From the NCBI GenBank assembly GCA_049970495.1, contig JBMFMV010000018.1:1-28291 (forward strand): a stretch of DNA of 28,291 bases, given 5' to 3'. Below are positions 16,831-25,894 of the stretch, in pieces (the first letter of the stretch is position 1; the number at the start of each line of letters is the position of its first letter). A program made the position numbers and the translations under genes. Under the pieces are notes generated by a model that worked only from the letters and a program-made list of their open reading frames with translations, did not search any database and was not told the DNA's origin. Source of the DNA: a bacterium. Its GTDB lineage: Bacteria > DUMJ01.

Positions 16831-18801
16831 TTACTTTTTGAAGAAGAATTGTTCCGGATTCATATAGCCAGGACTCATATACGGATATGCTAATGTACCT
16901 TCTTTAGGAACATTTTTAAAGTTATTCTTCACCACCACTGGGAAATTAAAGAATCCTAATACAGGTAAAGCCCAAAGATTCCTCCCCCATAGATATAGAA
17001 TTTCATCTGTAAGTTTCTCTATCTCCTCTTGATTTGTAGAGACTATTATTTTATCAAAATTTGCTATTATCTTTAGAGCGTCCCCTGTTGGTTTTACAGC
17101 ACCTTCAGCCTTACCTCTAGAGGAATACCATAATCCCCAAAGAGGTCCATAATAGCAAACTGTGGAATTCGGAATTACAAACATAGAATAGGTTAATAGG
17201 AACTTTCCTGGGTATAAGCTTCCCAGTGTATATCCAGCTACCTGATAGTCAGCACTATTTATCCTAGGCCACCAGAGAGAACTAGTTATGGCATCAACTG
17301 CGGTCTTTATACCGACTTTATTCCAGTACTGTGCTATAAGCTCCATTACATCTGGGTGTATCGCATAGCCGATATTGGTAAGGATTGTAAGCTGTATAGG
17401 CTTACCGTCTGGTCTTAACCTAAAGCCATCCTTGTCCTTCTTTGTAAGTCCTATACTATCTAATAGCTTATTAGCTTCAGCTACATTATACTCATATAGC
17501 TTTCTTATTTCTGGATTATTCTGGAGAGATGCCTTCGGGAATATAGTATATGTAGGAGTCGCCTGTCCAAGGTATGCAAGTTGGTTAATCTCTGCTCTAT
17601 TAATAGCTAGAGATAATGCAGTCCTGAACTTTACATTCTTTAATAAATCTGCAATGAACTTGTCCTTTGTATAGTTCTGATTAAAGAAGACTGCACTTGC
17701 TGTTTCCCCTGATTGCCACTGATAAACTTGATACCCACCTTTCTCTCTGTTTTCCATAAGAAGTGTAAAGTCTTTGAATGCAAGGTTTCTACCCTGCATA
17801 TCTATTTCTCCCTGTACAGCCTTCATTGTAATCATTTCAGTGCTTTGTACCATATCCCATGAGATTCTATCTATATATGGTAACTGATTACCCTCTATAT
17901 CTATCTTCCAGTAATATGGGTTTCTTTCAGCTATAGCTCTTGGCCCAGTAGGTGGAACTGTTAATTTCCAAGGATTAAGTACAGGGAGCTCAGTATTAGA
18001 ATATTTTGTCGCCTTGTCCTGATAGAGTTGATACCAGAAGTCCCTCTTTGCCTCCTTTACTAAGGTATCTAGTTTTTCTTTTGGAGTATATTTGATATGG
18101 AATTGCTGTAAGTAATGCTTAGGAGAAGCAAAAGATGCATTATTTACTGCTATGTATTCTAGGAATAGAGAATAAGGTCGCTTAAATCTAAACCTTACCG
18201 TATAGTTATCCACTTTTTCTACCTTAACCTGTTCACCTGCTGGAGCTAACCATGCAGGAAAAACTGGAGTAAGTTCTTTATTTAATAATTCGTCATTGTA
18301 CCAATAAATGATATCATCCACTGTAAAAGGTTCTCCATCAGACCATTTCATTCCTTTTCTTAAATAGAATGTATAAACCCTTCCACCTTCGGTTACTTTC
18401 CAAAAGGTGCAGAGATTGGGAATTATAGTTTTTCCGTCCCTTGCCCACTTTACCATAGGTTCATAACCTAATCGAGCATGTATCATAGTATCAGATGGAG
18501 ATAAAGCTACTCTCCTCCAAGTCCCACCATACTGACCTACCTCCTCAACCGGTTCTACTACTGCTGGCTCCTCTGGTAATCTTTTCTCTACCGGTGGCAG
18601 TTTACCCTGTTTTACCAGTTCTGTTAGCATCGGAGCTTCGTTGAATTTTGCAATCTTCTTACCTGTGGCCTTCTCATAGTCCTTCATTGTAGGGTACTGC
18701 CCTAAGGGATTTTTCTGCTGAGAAAAAGCTACGGTAAAACTACCTAGTACTACAGATAAGCTCAAGACTAAAATTAACAAAATCTTTAAAAAGCCTTTCA
18801 C
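16831..18801 (-). CDS. ABC transporter substrate-binding protein, family 5 (OppA/DppA-like, probably carbohydrate-binding)
   Basis: Signal peptide; EAPML..LV..GKLPPVEKRLP, GQYGG, LRKGMKWSDGEPFTVDD, RNPYYWK.D..GNQLPYID; GTG start with AGGAGGAGG RBS. Confidence 0.93.
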   Translation of the reverse strand: MKGFLKILLILVLSLSVVLGSFTVAFSQQKNPLGQYPTMKDYEKATGKKIAKFNEAPMLTELVKQGKLPPVEKRLPEEPAVVEPVEEVGQYGGTWRRVALSPSDTMIHARLGYEPMVKWARDGKTIIPNLCTFWKVTEGGRVYTFYLRKGMKWSDGEPFTVDDIIYWYNDELLNKELTPVFPAWLAPAGEQVKVEKVDNYTVRFRFKRPYSLFLEYIAVNNASFASPKHYLQQFHIKYTPKEKLDTLVKEAKRDFWYQLYQDKATKYSNTELPVLNPWKLTVPPTGPRAIAERNPYYWKIDIEGNQLPYIDRISWDMVQSTEMITMKAVQGEIDMQGRNLAFKDFTLLMENREKGGYQVYQWQSGETASAVFFNQNYTKDKFIADLLKNVKFRTALSLAINRAEINQLAYLGQATPTYTIFPKASLQNNPEIRKLYEYNVAEANKLLDSIGLTKKDKDGFRLRPDGKPIQLTILTNIGYAIHPDVMELIAQYWNKVGIKTAVDAITSSLWWPRINSADYQVAGYTLGSLYPGKFLLTYSMFVIPNSTVCYYGPLWGLWYSSRGKAEGAVKPTGDALKIIANFDKIIVSTNQEEIEKLTDEILYLWGRNLWALPVLGFFNFPVVVKNNFKNVPKEGTLAYPYMSPGYMNPEQFFFKK

Positions 18802-18852
18802 TTTAAAACACCTCCTCCTTTTTTAATTATTCTAAAAATAGTTTACCCATCT

Positions 18853-18881
18853 ACTATAGCATTTACCCCGTCATTTATCAA
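18853..18881 (-). promoter_or_regulatory. Sigma70-type promoter of the SBP operon
   Basis: TTGATA (18881-18876), 17 bp, TATAGT (18858-18853) with extended TGn. Confidence 0.65.
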
Positions 18882-18898
18882 GCTTATTGAATAATTTA

Positions 18899-20005
18899 TT
18901 ATATCTTTTCTAGTGTGTACTTTCTTGACCCTAGCCCTAACTCTTCAGCATAAGCCAATTGAACATTCCAGTCTATCTCAGGATGTATTGCTCTAAATTT
19001 GTCTTCTCCTGGATTAAAGTTTCCGGCAAGAGCAGTTTCCTTTAATCCAATACTTTGGTTTACTAGGTCTACTGAAGCTTGATCTATTGCAACTATATCT
19101 GAGCTTCCAAGTATACCAATATCAGGAACAATGCTTGCATCATGCCAACCTGCACAGTCACAATCTGGACTTACATCCATAACAAAGTTTATAAATGCAA
19201 TTTTTGGTTCTTTAGTCTTTATTATGCCATAGGTAAATTCAACCATTTTCTCCTGTAAACCTATGGCTGATTCGTTCCATGATATCTCTATAGCAGAAGT
19301 TGGACACACGACTGCACATTCCCCACAGCCTATACAAAGTTCTGGGGTTAGCACTGCTTTTCCATTAACTAGTCTTAGGGCTCCCTGTGGACAGTGATTT
19401 ACACATCTAGCACAACCTATACAGATTTCTGGCTTTGGGTCAGGCTTAAATTGAGCGTGCTGCATCTGTTTGCCTGATCTTGGTGCGCCTCCCATACCTA
19501 CATTCTTAATAGCACCACCAAATCCGGTACCTATATGACCTTTGAAGTGTGCTAAGGATATGAGGAAATCCGCATCATGTATTCCACCTGCTATTTTTAT
19601 CTTTTTAAAATTTTTCAGGTTTACTTCTACCTCTTTGTAGTATTCTCCACTTATACCATCTGCTATTATAAGAGGAGCTCCTACAGATGAATATCCAAAA
19701 CCATTGTATATTGCCGCTTCTAAATGGTCTACCGCATTAGCTCTTTCTCCTTTGTATAGGGTATTAGCATCAGTAAGGAAGGGTTTACCTCCCATCTCCT
19801 TGACCACCTCTACAACCTGTCTTACAAATATCGGCCTTATGTATGCATGGTTACCAGGTTCTCCAAAGTGGAGCTTTATAGCGACAAGGTCCCCCTTTTC
19901 CATCCTATTTTCTAAGAGTCTCTTTGTTAAGTATCTTAGTCTCTTAAGGATTGAATTATTTTCGTTGTGAGCTCTCAGAGAGAGAAAATACACTGTGCTT
20001 TTCAT
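18899..20005 (-). CDS. DUF362 domain protein with 2x[4Fe-4S] ferredoxin insert
   Basis: VAIKLHFGE.GN, PFLTDANTLY, HFKGH, GGAIKN.GMG; two CxxCxxCxxxCP motifs; PDCDC. Confidence 0.9.
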   Translation of the reverse strand: MKSTVYFLSLRAHNENNSILKRLRYLTKRLLENRMEKGDLVAIKLHFGEPGNHAYIRPIFVRQVVEVVKEMGGKPFLTDANTLYKGERANAVDHLEAAIYNGFGYSSVGAPLIIADGISGEYYKEVEVNLKNFKKIKIAGGIHDADFLISLAHFKGHIGTGFGGAIKNVGMGGAPRSGKQMQHAQFKPDPKPEICIGCARCVNHCPQGALRLVNGKAVLTPELCIGCGECAVVCPTSAIEISWNESAIGLQEKMVEFTYGIIKTKEPKIAFINFVMDVSPDCDCAGWHDASIVPDIGILGSSDIVAIDQASVDLVNQSIGLKETALAGNFNPGEDKFRAIHPEIDWNVQLAYAEELGLGSRKYTLEKI

Positions 20006-20026
20006 CTAATTCTTCCTCCTTTTTCA

Positions 20027-20935
20027 CTATGATTTCTTTTTTACTTCGTGTCCTCCAAATTTGTTTCTCATAGCAGAGAGTAGCTTGGCTGAATAACTTT
20101 CTTCTTGCTGTGAGTAAAATCTATTCATAAGAGATATAGCTATAACTGGTGCAGGTATTCCTAATTCTATTGACTCCATTACGGTCCACCGTCCTTCTCC
20201 AGAATCTGGAACATAATCTTCTATATCTTTTAACTCTTGGTCTTCTGCCAAGGCTGAGGCTGTTAAATCTAATAGCCAAGACCTTATGACACTTCCAAAT
20301 CGCCATATCTGGGATATCTGTGCTAGGTCTAGATTAAATTCCTTTTTATTTTTAAGTATTTCAAAACCTTCTGCTAAGGCTTCCATCATACCGTATTCTA
20401 TCCCATTATGGACCATCTTTACAAAGTGGCCTGCTCCGTTAGGTCCTACGTGTCCCCATCCTGTATTAGGCGAAGGCGCTAAAGTCTCAAATATAGGTCT
20501 AAGATATTCTACTGTTTCTTTATCTCCTCCAATCATAAGACTATAACCCTGAGTCAATCCCCAAATCCCTCCACTAGTCCCTACATCTATGAATCTAAAA
20601 CCCATTTCTTTTAATCTTTTAGCCCTTCTTATCGTATCTTTGTAGTTGGAGTTAGCACCATCTATAATGATGTCACCAGCTGAAAGGATGGAGGATAATT
20701 TTTCTAACATCTCCTCTGTAGGGTCCCCTGCAGGTAGCATTGTCCAGACCACTCTTGGTGGAGTAAGCATCTTTGGTATATCCTCTAGAGAATATATCCC
20801 TATTATTCCTTCTTTTTCTATCTCTTTGGTTTTTTCTGAGGTCCTATTGTAAGCAAATACCCTATGCCCTCCATAGCGTAGTCTTTTTGCTATATTTGCT
20901 CCCATTCTTCCTAAACCTATTATTAATACTTCCAT
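20027..20935 (-). CDS. gnd: 6-phosphogluconate dehydrogenase, decarboxylating (short YqeC-type)
   Basis: GLGRMG, GTSGGIWG, GAGHFVKMVHNGIEYG, DSGEGRW, AMRNKFGGH. ATG 20935 lies 6 nt after GAGGTG. Confidence 0.95.
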   Translation of the reverse strand: MEVLIIGLGRMGANIAKRLRYGGHRVFAYNRTSEKTKEIEKEGIIGIYSLEDIPKMLTPPRVVWTMLPAGDPTEEMLEKLSSILSAGDIIIDGANSNYKDTIRRAKRLKEMGFRFIDVGTSGGIWGLTQGYSLMIGGDKETVEYLRPIFETLAPSPNTGWGHVGPNGAGHFVKMVHNGIEYGMMEALAEGFEILKNKKEFNLDLAQISQIWRFGSVIRSWLLDLTASALAEDQELKDIEDYVPDSGEGRWTVMESIELGIPAPVIAISLMNRFYSQQEESYSAKLLSAMRNKFGGHEVKKKS

Positions 20936-20970
20936 CAAACTCACCTCTACTTTTAGATTCTTAGTTTTAG

Positions 20971-20999
20971 ATTATAAATCACAATCTTGGTAGATTCAA
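20971..20999 (-). promoter_or_regulatory. Sigma70-type promoter for gnd
   Basis: TTGAAT (20999-20994), 17 bp, TATAAT (20976-20971). Confidence 0.7.
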
Positions 21000-21008
21000 A
21001 CTATTTTA

Positions 21009-21048
21009 TAAAATTCTTATTAGTGTTATAATGTTAATAAGAATTTTA
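21009..21048. repeat. Perfect 14-bp inverted repeat enclosing an extended -10 box
   Basis: TAAAATTCTTATTA (21009-21022) / TAATAAGAATTTTA (21035-21048) around TGtTATAAT (21024-21032). Confidence 0.8.
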
Positions 21049-21068
21049 ATTTATGGAGGTCGAAATTT

Positions 21069-21503
21069 ATGAGTGATTTAAGATTTGAAGCTCAAGTAGA
21101 GTGGAAGGAAGGCTTCACGGTAGAAGCTAAAGCGAGAGATTTTACCTTATACATAGATGAGCCAGCAAATTTAGGCGGAAAGGATAAAGGACCTAACCCA
21201 GTAGAATATGTCCTTATGGCTTTGGGGGGTTGTGTGGTAATAGTTGGACAGGTGGTAGCTAATGAGATGGGAATAAAGATAGAAAGTTTTAAGATTAGGC
21301 TTTCTGGAGATCTTAATCCTCTAAAGTTTATGGGTAAACCAAGTCCAGATAGAGCTGGTTTTAAGAACATCACCCTAGAGATAGATGTAAAGTCTGATGC
21401 CTCTAAAGAAAAATTAGAAGAGTGGCTAAAGACTATAGAGGAGCGTTGTCCAGTAAGTGATAATCTTAGAAATCCTACTCCGGTTCATATAACTCTTAAG
21501 TAA
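21069..21503 (+). CDS. OsmC/Ohr family protein
   Basis: IDEPANLGGKDKGPNPVEYVLMALGGC and RCPVSD two-Cys pattern; GGAGGT RBS. Confidence 0.93.
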   Translation: MSDLRFEAQVEWKEGFTVEAKARDFTLYIDEPANLGGKDKGPNPVEYVLMALGGCVVIVGQVVANEMGIKIESFKIRLSGDLNPLKFMGKPSPDRAGFKNITLEIDVKSDASKEKLEEWLKTIEERCPVSDNLRNPTPVHITLK

Positions 21504-21516
21504 TTTTAACTATAAT

Positions 21517-21553
21517 AAGAGCAGGTTACTTATACGAAAGTAGCCTGCTCTTT
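21517..21553 (+). terminator. Intrinsic terminator after the OsmC gene
   Basis: AAGAGCAGGTTACTT (21517-21531) / AAGTAGCCTGCTCTT (21538-21552), one G.U pair. Confidence 0.75.
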
Positions 21554-21618
21554 CTCCTATGATACAGTCCTCATAGGGGATATTATCTTACTATAATCAC
21601 TTTTGAATATTCCTTTTC

Positions 21619-21647
21619 TTGACAGTAAATTTCGAGTGTAATATAAT
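21619..21647 (+). promoter_or_regulatory. Perfect-consensus sigma70 promoter
   Basis: TTGACA (21619-21624), 17 bp, TATAAT (21642-21647). Confidence 0.88.
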
Positions 21648-21652
21648 TTCAC

Positions 21653-21670
21653 ATACTGACTGGTCAGTAT
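21653..21670. promoter_or_regulatory. Probable TetR operator palindrome
   Basis: ATACTGAC-tg-GTCAGTAT, 8-2-8 inverted repeat at the predicted +1, directly before a TetR-like frame. Confidence 0.8.
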
Positions 21671-22140
21671 AAACAAGGAGAAAATCAAAGGGACTAAAAA
21701 GAAAATTATAGATTCTGCTATAGAGTGTTTTTCTAAGTATGGTTATGATGGAACAAGTGTAGAGATGATATGTAAATCTGCTGGAGTTAGTAAAGGGAGT
21801 TTCTTCTATTATTTCCCAACAAAGTATTTTCTATTTCTAGAGATACTTAATTTTTGGCTACAAGATGTAGATAAAACGATGGAGAATATAAGTAAATCTC
21901 ACAAAGATGACTTTAATATTTGAGAAGTGTATGGATTACTTTTTTGATCTATTATCTAAAGGGGTTGAAAGGAAGGAATTCGCAGATATTGACCCAGAAG
22001 TTTCCTCCTGTACGATAATTGATTTTGTTCTTGGATTGTTGATTCAAAGATTATTTGCTTCTGGAAAAGAAAATTGGGAAGAGCTAGCAAAGAAGGGATT
22101 AGAGATAATTGTAAGAGGTTTAGGAGATGATAGAAGGTAG
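21669..22140 (+). pseudogene. TetR/AcrR family regulator, frameshifted and probably internally deleted, no canonical start
   Basis: Frame 21669-21923 encodes TKKKIIDSAIECFSKYGYDGTSVEMICKSAGVSKGSFFYYFPTK (TetR HTH) and stops at TGA 21921-21923. A C-terminal-like part (KGVERKEFADIDPE...LGLLIQ) is in the +1 frame at 21907-22140. Confidence 0.85.
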
Positions 22141-23320
22141 TAAAAACACAGCGAACAAGGTTTTTGTTCTTTGTTGGCTTGCTTATGCTGGAGCTTACTT
22201 TTGTAGGATAAATTTATCCATAGTAATCCCAGATCTTATACAGAACTTGGGTTGGGATAAGACTTCTATAGGCTTAATGGGAAGTCTATTTTTCTGGACT
22301 TACGCCTTTGGACAGCTTATTAATGGATACATTGGAGATAGGGTGGATTTTAGAATATTTGTATTTATTTCACTCTTCTTCTCCTCGTTGATAAACTTGA
22401 CTTTAGGTTTTGTTATTAATAAACTTACATTTACAATACTCTGGGGTATTAACGGATACTTACTCTCAATGCTTTGGGGTCCTATTGTAAGGATCTTGGG
22501 TCTTTGGTTTCCAAAAGAAAGACATACTCAAGTAAGTGTTGGTATATCAACATCTATGTTCATAGGTTATATACTGTACTGGGGTCCCTTAGGAAGATTT
22601 ATCAGAGCTGCAAATTGGAGGCTAGCCTTCTTTATCCCAGGTGTATTAGTTTTATTATTCTCCTTCTACTGGTTAAAGTTCCTGCCAAGTACTGAAACTT
22701 CAACTGAGAAGAAAAACTTCAATACTTTTAGGTTATCAATAAAAGATCTTTTAAGTCCAAGTATTATCTTTGTCGCTACCGCCTGTTTATTTCAAGGCGT
22801 AATGAAAGAGAGTATAGGGCTTTGGACACCAACAATAATAAAAGAGGTATTTAAAGTAAGCATCCCTATTTTTACTCTCCTTATACCACTTATTAGTCTT
22901 ATGGGATTATTCTCTGCTGGCTGGTTAAACTACAAAAACAAAAATAGAGACGAACTTTCAGTAGTGATTCTTTATTCTGCAAACTTAGTAATATGTACTG
23001 TTCTTGCGGTATTTTTAGATTTGAATATCTTTCTAACTGTAATACTTCTAGGTATCTCTTCTAGTCTTCTTTATGGTGCAAATACACTCTTACTTGCAAA
23101 TATACCCTTGAGATTTGCAGAGTATAACAGTACATCAACTTTAGCAGGCTTTCTTGATTTTTCTTCTTATATAGGTTCTGCATCAGCAAGCATCATTACC
23201 GGTATTATTTCTACTAGTTTTAGTTGGAAGGCTGTTATACTTTTATGGGGTCTATTATCTTTAGGAGGCGTAATCAGTATATATCTAAGTCAAAGGAGGA
23301 ACAGCAATGATAAACCTTGA
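22127..23320 (+). CDS. MFS transporter, GlpT/UhpT (organophosphate:Pi antiporter)-like
   Basis: AYAGAYFCRINLS, YAFGQLINGYIGDR, WFPKER, AGFLDFSSYIG; about 12 hydrophobic segments. Confidence 0.88.
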   Translation: MIEGSKNTANKVFVLCWLAYAGAYFCRINLSIVIPDLIQNLGWDKTSIGLMGSLFFWTYAFGQLINGYIGDRVDFRIFVFISLFFSSLINLTLGFVINKLTFTILWGINGYLLSMLWGPIVRILGLWFPKERHTQVSVGISTSMFIGYILYWGPLGRFIRAANWRLAFFIPGVLVLLFSFYWLKFLPSTETSTEKKNFNTFRLSIKDLLSPSIIFVATACLFQGVMKESIGLWTPTIIKEVFKVSIPIFTLLIPLISLMGLFSAGWLNYKNKNRDELSVVILYSANLVICTVLAVFLDLNIFLTVILLGISSSLLYGANTLLLANIPLRFAEYNSTSTLAGFLDFSSYIGSASASIITGIISTSFSWKAVILLWGLLSLGGVISIYLSQRRNSNDKP

Positions 23321-24566
23321 TAATTATTTCAAGATATACCCAAAGGTTATAAAGGCTGATACAAAGGTAACTATAACTTTAGAGCCAAGGGTTTCTAATT
23401 GGCGGTTGCCTGAAGGGGAGTATAAATTTACACATTATCCTACGGATTATTCCAGTGGAGAAGAGTATAAGAATCTTGAAGTAATAAGGAAAGAGAATAG
23501 ATTTTACCTTGAAGGGTTCTTCGAAGGGGAACAGGAACACGTTATCTATTTAGAAATTGGTAATAGAGTCTTATCGTTTTCTGTATATTCGCTTAAAGAA
23601 GATTTACTTTACAGAACTCCTTATAAAGGTGATATGCATATACATACCTATTATTCAGATGGGGTAGAGTCTCCTAGTTATGTCGCTAGTTCATGTAGAA
23701 AGATAGGTTTAGACTTTCTAGCTATAACAGACCATAGAAAATATTTCCCGTCTATAGAAGCTATCGAGACTTTTAGAGGTTTAGATTTAGCTTTTAAGTT
23801 ATTTCCTGGAGAAGAGGTTCATCCTCCCAATAACCCTATACATATAGTAAATTTTGGAGGTAATTTTAGTATAAACGAATTGTTCGAAAAAGATAGCGAA
23901 ACCTATTACAGAGAGGTAAAGGAAATAGAAGAGGGCCTAAAAGGAAGAATTTCTGAGATACCTGAGAAATACCAGCTAGCATCCTCTATATGGTGTTTCA
24001 ATAAGATTAGAGAAGGGAATGGACTTGGAATTTTTGCCCATCCCTTTTGGCGTGTTAGAGAAGGATATTATATCTCCGAGAGGCTTCTCAATCTACTCTA
24101 TGATACAAAGCCTTTTGATGCAATAGAGATAGTGGGTGGTTATCATCTACATGAATTGATCTCAGATAATCTACAGATAGTATCTTACTACGAAAAATCT
24201 AAGGGCCAGACTATTCCAGTGGTTGGTGTTACTGATGCCCATGGTTGTGAAACGGGAAGCCTCTTTGGCTGGTATTACACAGTAGTTTTCTCGCCAAGTT
24301 TAGAATTGAAAGATATCATAGATAGCATCAAGTTAGGCTATAGTGTTGGTGTAGAGGCTCTCCCTGGGAGAGAGCCTAGGGTATATGGAAGTCTAAGGCT
24401 AGTCTTATTTACACAATTTTTGATAAGAGAAATTTTTCCTACTCATGATAGAATATGTGAAGAAGAGGGAAGGGCTATGATGAGTTATATAATGGGAGAA
24501 GGATATATAGACAATAACTACAAAGAAAAGTTAGAGGAGTTTTACAGGCAGTATTGGAAGAAATAA
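23307..24566 (+). CDS. PHP-domain metallophosphoesterase with N-terminal extension
   Basis: KGDMHIHTYYSDG, LAITDH, GEEVH, AHP, TDAH motifs. Confidence 0.85.
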   Translation: MINLDNYFKIYPKVIKADTKVTITLEPRVSNWRLPEGEYKFTHYPTDYSSGEEYKNLEVIRKENRFYLEGFFEGEQEHVIYLEIGNRVLSFSVYSLKEDLLYRTPYKGDMHIHTYYSDGVESPSYVASSCRKIGLDFLAITDHRKYFPSIEAIETFRGLDLAFKLFPGEEVHPPNNPIHIVNFGGNFSINELFEKDSETYYREVKEIEEGLKGRISEIPEKYQLASSIWCFNKIREGNGLGIFAHPFWRVREGYYISERLLNLLYDTKPFDAIEIVGGYHLHELISDNLQIVSYYEKSKGQTIPVVGVTDAHGCETGSLFGWYYTVVFSPSLELKDIIDSIKLGYSVGVEALPGREPRVYGSLRLVLFTQFLIREIFPTHDRICEEEGRAMMSYIMGEGYIDNNYKEKLEEFYRQYWKK

Positions 24567-24583
24567 AAAGGAAGGAGATGGAG

Positions 24584-25765
24584 ATGAAAATAAGATTTGT
24601 AGGTAAAGAAGAATATGATAGAGTTCTTCAATTAATGACCTATTGTTTTCCCTGGTTAAACGATTATAGAGAGAAGGCTAGAACTTTTTTAGAAAAGTAT
24701 GTCCCAGAGGATGCCATACTAGGGTACTATGATGAATCTGATATTCTGAATGCTATGTTGTTTATCCTTCCGTTTGAGATATACATCTATGGTTCTATGC
24801 TCAAGATGGGAGGAATTGCAACAGTCTCTTCTATGCCGGAAGGTAGACATGGAGGTAGGGTGGCTCAACTATTGAGAGAATCTTTAAGAGTTATGAAAGA
24901 GAGAGGGCAAACTGTCTCTATGCTGGGTCCTTTTTCCTATGAATTCTATAGAAAATATGGTTGGGAGTTGGGATTTGAAAGGATTAATTATACAATAACT
25001 GCTGACTGTCTATCTGGATTTAATAAAAGAGTTGGTAGAGTAAAGCCTTTTGAAGAGAAGGATTTAGATATCTTAGATAGAATTTATACTGAATACGCCA
25101 AGAGACATAATTGTTGTGCAGTTCGTAATAATATGCTTTGGATGGATTTTGTCTTACAAGACCCTTACGCTAGAAATCTCCCAAGATATACATATATCTG
25201 GCTTAGTGACATGGGAGAGCCTAGAGGATATATAGTATACTCAATAAGAGAAGGTAAGATGAATATACATGAGATGGTCTATCTAGACCAAGAGGCAAAA
25301 GAAGGATTGCTCTGGTTTCTGTTCGTTCATCAGTCTCAGATTAGAGAGGTATACTGGTCTACTGCTCCAGATGAAAGGTTACATTTAGATTTTCCCAATC
25401 CTAGAATAAAAATGGAACTCTCTCCATGGATGATGTTTAGGGTTGTTGATGTGAAAGGCGCATTGTTAAATAGGAGTTATGATAAAGATATAGATTTACA
25501 CTTTTCTATATCCATCTTTGATCCAGATGCCGAATGGAATAACAAGAGCTTTTCAATTGAGATAGAAAGTGGTAATATTAAAGTAAATGAAGTTAATGAT
25601 GGAGAAATAAGCTGTAGTATTCAGACATTTAGTCAAATATTTACTGGTTATGTCACACCCAAGGAGGCTTTTATGCGTAGAAAACTTTTAGGTAGTGCCA
25701 GCGTAGTAGAAAGGGTAGAAAGAATTTTTGAAAAGTCGTATACATTTAATAATAATCCGTTTTAG
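24584..25765 (+). CDS. Eis-like GNAT acetyltransferase (tandem GNAT + SCP2-like domain)
   Basis: MGGIATVSSMPEGRHGG, L.PFSYEFYRKYGWE, MFRVVDVKGAL; ATG 24584 lies 6 nt after AGGAG. Confidence 0.9.
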   Translation: MKIRFVGKEEYDRVLQLMTYCFPWLNDYREKARTFLEKYVPEDAILGYYDESDILNAMLFILPFEIYIYGSMLKMGGIATVSSMPEGRHGGRVAQLLRESLRVMKERGQTVSMLGPFSYEFYRKYGWELGFERINYTITADCLSGFNKRVGRVKPFEEKDLDILDRIYTEYAKRHNCCAVRNNMLWMDFVLQDPYARNLPRYTYIWLSDMGEPRGYIVYSIREGKMNIHEMVYLDQEAKEGLLWFLFVHQSQIREVYWSTAPDERLHLDFPNPRIKMELSPWMMFRVVDVKGALLNRSYDKDIDLHFSISIFDPDAEWNNKSFSIEIESGNIKVNEVNDGEISCSIQTFSQIFTGYVTPKEAFMRRKLLGSASVVERVERIFEKSYTFNNNPF

Positions 25766-25808
25766 GTTAATTTCCGGGAACCTCCATTTAGGAAATGTCT
25801 TTCCAATC

Positions 25809-25837
25809 TTGAAATAAGTCTTAGTATATTATACACT
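25809..25837 (+). promoter_or_regulatory. Possible galTK promoter
   Basis: TTGAAA (25809-25814), 17 bp, TACACT (25832-25837). Confidence 0.5.
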
Positions 25838-25894
25838 TATTCCTAACAATACAGATTAGACATTAGTACTTGTAGTTAGGAAGGAGTTGATTAA

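Noticed and set aside
21553..21580. Second hairpin TCTCCTATGA/TCATAGGGGA after the osmC terminator
   Set aside because: Short, no U-tract and no recognisable RNA family; function unsupported.
21907..22140. 77-aa ORF as an independent gene
   Set aside because: Better explained as the C-terminal fragment of the broken TetR gene.
24584..25765. Aminoglycoside resistance gene
   Set aside because: Eis-like fold is widespread and does not by itself imply resistance.
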